From contig JADJSZ010000094.1 in NCBI GenBank assembly GCA_016711405.1, positions 1 to 16,632 of the forward strand: 16,632 nt of DNA, written 5' to 3'. Position 1 is the first letter of the stretch, and each line of letters starts with the position of its first letter. Position numbers and translations under genes: made by a program. The DNA is from Candidatus Hadersleviella danica. Its GTDB lineage: Bacteria; Chloroflexota; Anaerolineae; Promineifilales; Promineifilaceae. The notes beneath the pieces are model-generated. The model did no database searches. It was not told the DNA's origin and worked only from the letters and a program-made list of their open reading frames with translations. Shown piece by piece: positions 14,595 to 16,632 of this stretch.

Positions 14595-16632
14595 ATGACC
14601 ACCAACGGCGTAGTAGTGCAAGCGGATAGCGTCCGCGTTGATTTTAAGGCAACCCCCACGGGCGACGTATTGGCCACGACCACGGCCGTCTACAACCCCA
14701 GTGGAACCCAACGCCTGAGCATGGCGGGCGATTGGTCTTTTACGATGCCGCTGGCCGCTTATGACCCTGACACGATGGGCACGGGTAAATACGCCTTTGG
14801 CTTTGCCGCCTTCCCCAGCGTGACCAATTACCCGCTGTTTGCGGGGCGCATAGAAGAGGGGGATGACGACCTAAACCCAGATATTCACACGGTCACGATT
14901 AGCGGCATGGATATGTTGGGGGAACTGACCAAAAAAGAGATAGCCCACGCCGAAATTTGGGCAATTGCAACCGAAATACCAGTGTCGGTGTTGGGCGAAC
15001 GCTGGTACGCCTACGAAAACGAAACGGTTATCCCCAAGCCAGAGGCCAATGATGGCGATACAGGAACCGAGGCGGGCTTTATTTTGATTCGGTCGTTAAC
15101 GATTCCCCGACCCCAACAACCCCCGACCTTCCCCGAAGAGGCGGCGGCCGAAGAGGATAGGCTGATTCAGCACGTCAAGTTTATCTATTTTGGGCACAGT
15201 GCCCCGTTTTGGCGGATTGACCTAAACATCGCGACCGACATTGTGCAATCGGTTGCCTCGACCATTTTTATAGAGTTGTTCAACGCAGAGGGGCAATGGG
15301 AATCCCGCGCCATTGACACCAATACAACCATCGTGGCGGGCAAGCCATTTGCCCAAAGCGGGTACATTGAATGGGCAAAGGCTGAATTAGAACACCCCAT
15401 ACGTCACGACGGCATTACTCAGTATTGGGGGCGGATTGGGGTAAGCGGCGCGGCGTTGTCGCTGTTCAAAATCAAAGAAACCACCGTGCGCACAATGGGG
15501 CCACTGGCAACCGATGTGGAAACGTTGGTGGATGATTACGCCCCTGCAGGATGGTCTTTGGCCTCGGGCAGTGAAACGGGCACGGCCGACGGCGGCCGTC
15601 AAATCTACATTGCTGGCCAAACAGCGTTAGCCGCCCTTGTTGACCTCGCCAAACGCACGGGGGAGATGTTCGCCCTCATTGGCACGAACCAAATCAAGTG
15701 GTTGGCCTCGCCCATTTCCAGCGGCATAACGGCCAAAGAAGCCCCCGAGGGCGGCGACACAAGCACCTCTGTCTACATTAGCCGCTTGAATCGCACCCGT
15801 AGCCGCCGTGACATTATCACCCGCGCCTACTTGCGCGGCGGCGGCAATGACCCCGTGGCACAGGTAACGCTTTCGCCCTTGGACGGGCTGGACGTGTCGG
15901 CCTATTTGGGCGCGGATTACGCCGTGAGTGGCGACTGGTTAATCAACACGGCCTTAGAGGCGACATTAGCCACCGAACTGCCTAAAACCGTCAACTTCCC
16001 CAACATCGTAGCCGTTGGCGGCGGCACGGGGCGCAATCGCCAAAACGCGCTTGAGTTGTTGCGCTTCGGGCGTGGCCTTTTTGGAACGCAACAAAGACGA
16101 GGCGCGGCATTACACGGCCGATATTGTTGGCTTGCGCTCTTCCTCAGTGCATCCGGGCATGACCATGAACGTCGTGGCCAACATTTATGACGCGGACGGG
16201 GGAGTGACCGAGGCCATAGACGAAGATTTAGTCATTGTCGAAATGACCCAAAGCATGGGCAATGACGGCATTTTGTCATGGCGGATGGTCTTTGGAACCA
16301 TTGCCGAGCATGTGCCCACGGCCGCATTAGCAGAAGCGGGGCAAATTGCCCTAAACCAACAGAAAATGAACACCCCCCAAGCGGGCAGTAGCAACTTTGC
16401 CGTGGGCGGTTTGGCTGTGGGTAGTTCATCGGGCACGGGAGGCGGGGGAGGCGGCGGCACGGCCGAGCTTGACGCGCACATGGCCGAAACCTTCACGGCG
16501 CATCAGATACCGCTCCAAATTGACAACAAAATTGCGACCCATGCGGCGTTGACCACCACGGCGCACGGCATCCCCAGCCAGATTGATACCAAGATTGCGG
16601 CACATAGTGCTATTGAAGATGCGCACCATGAC
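14595..16632 (+). CDS. tail tip / tail fibre protein, continuing beyond the right edge. It has an apparent +1 frameshift at the TTTTT run 16078-16082: frame 0 up to that point, then frame 1 to the window end
   Basis: The frame-0 ORF 14595..16190 ends in junk (...TQQRRGAALHGRYCWLALF...). The +1 frame from about 16081 reads as good protein ('LERNKDEARHYTADIVGLRSSSVHPGMTMNVVANIYDADGGVTEAIDEDLVIVEM...') and is open to position 16632. It ends in a poly-Gly tract and tandem ~21-aa repeats 'TAHQIPLQIDNKIATHAALTT / TAHGIPSQIDTKIAAHSAIED'. Confidence 0.6.

Noticed and set aside
1-16632. Cyanobacterial HIP1 (GCGATCGC) or Neisseria/Pasteurellaceae uptake sequences as the identity of the iterated palindrome
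   Set aside because: None of those exact words are enriched or even present at notable frequency. The enriched word is CGGCCG / ACGGCCGT, which I cannot assign to a known named element from memory.

Overview
This window is almost entirely one co-directional (+ strand) morphogenesis module of a tailed phage or prophage with a long non-contractile tail. Gene order, left to right: the 5' end of a divergently transcribed (minus-strand) DNA N6A/N4C-methyltransferase gene (DPPY motif) preceded by a 63-aa ORF; a divergent promoter region; terminase small subunit; terminase large subunit (lambda gpA / Terminase_6-like); portal; Mu-F/SPP1-gp7-like head morphogenesis protein; a ~600 bp gene-free regulatory island; scaffold/prohead-protease-like protein; a small head protein; major capsid protein; four small head-completion/neck proteins; major tail protein; tail assembly chaperones G and G-T joined by a canonical A_AAA_AAG -1 slippery site; a tape measure protein of about 1080 aa; a small distal tail protein; and a tail tip/fibre protein that runs off the right edge. 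I found no rRNA, tRNA, CRISPR array or transposase. Four things are not explained by ordinary annotation. (1) Every large gene (terL, portal, tape measure, tail fibre) is broken by +1 frame changes, each at a 3-5 nt homopolymer, and the tape measure also carries an in-frame TGA. (2) The gene-free island holds two tandem promoter -> hairpin -> U-tract units, the second ending 11 nt before the capsid-operon start codon, which looks like an antitermination or attenuation switch. (3) CTGAACT direct repeats phased 9 bp apart overlap all three predicted promoters. (4) The palindrome CGGCCG (often ACGGCCGT) is over-represented roughly tenfold, in all coding frames and in spacers, like a highly iterated palindrome. 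Functional calls rest on motifs, gene order and size that I can read directly; I could not run any homology searches.
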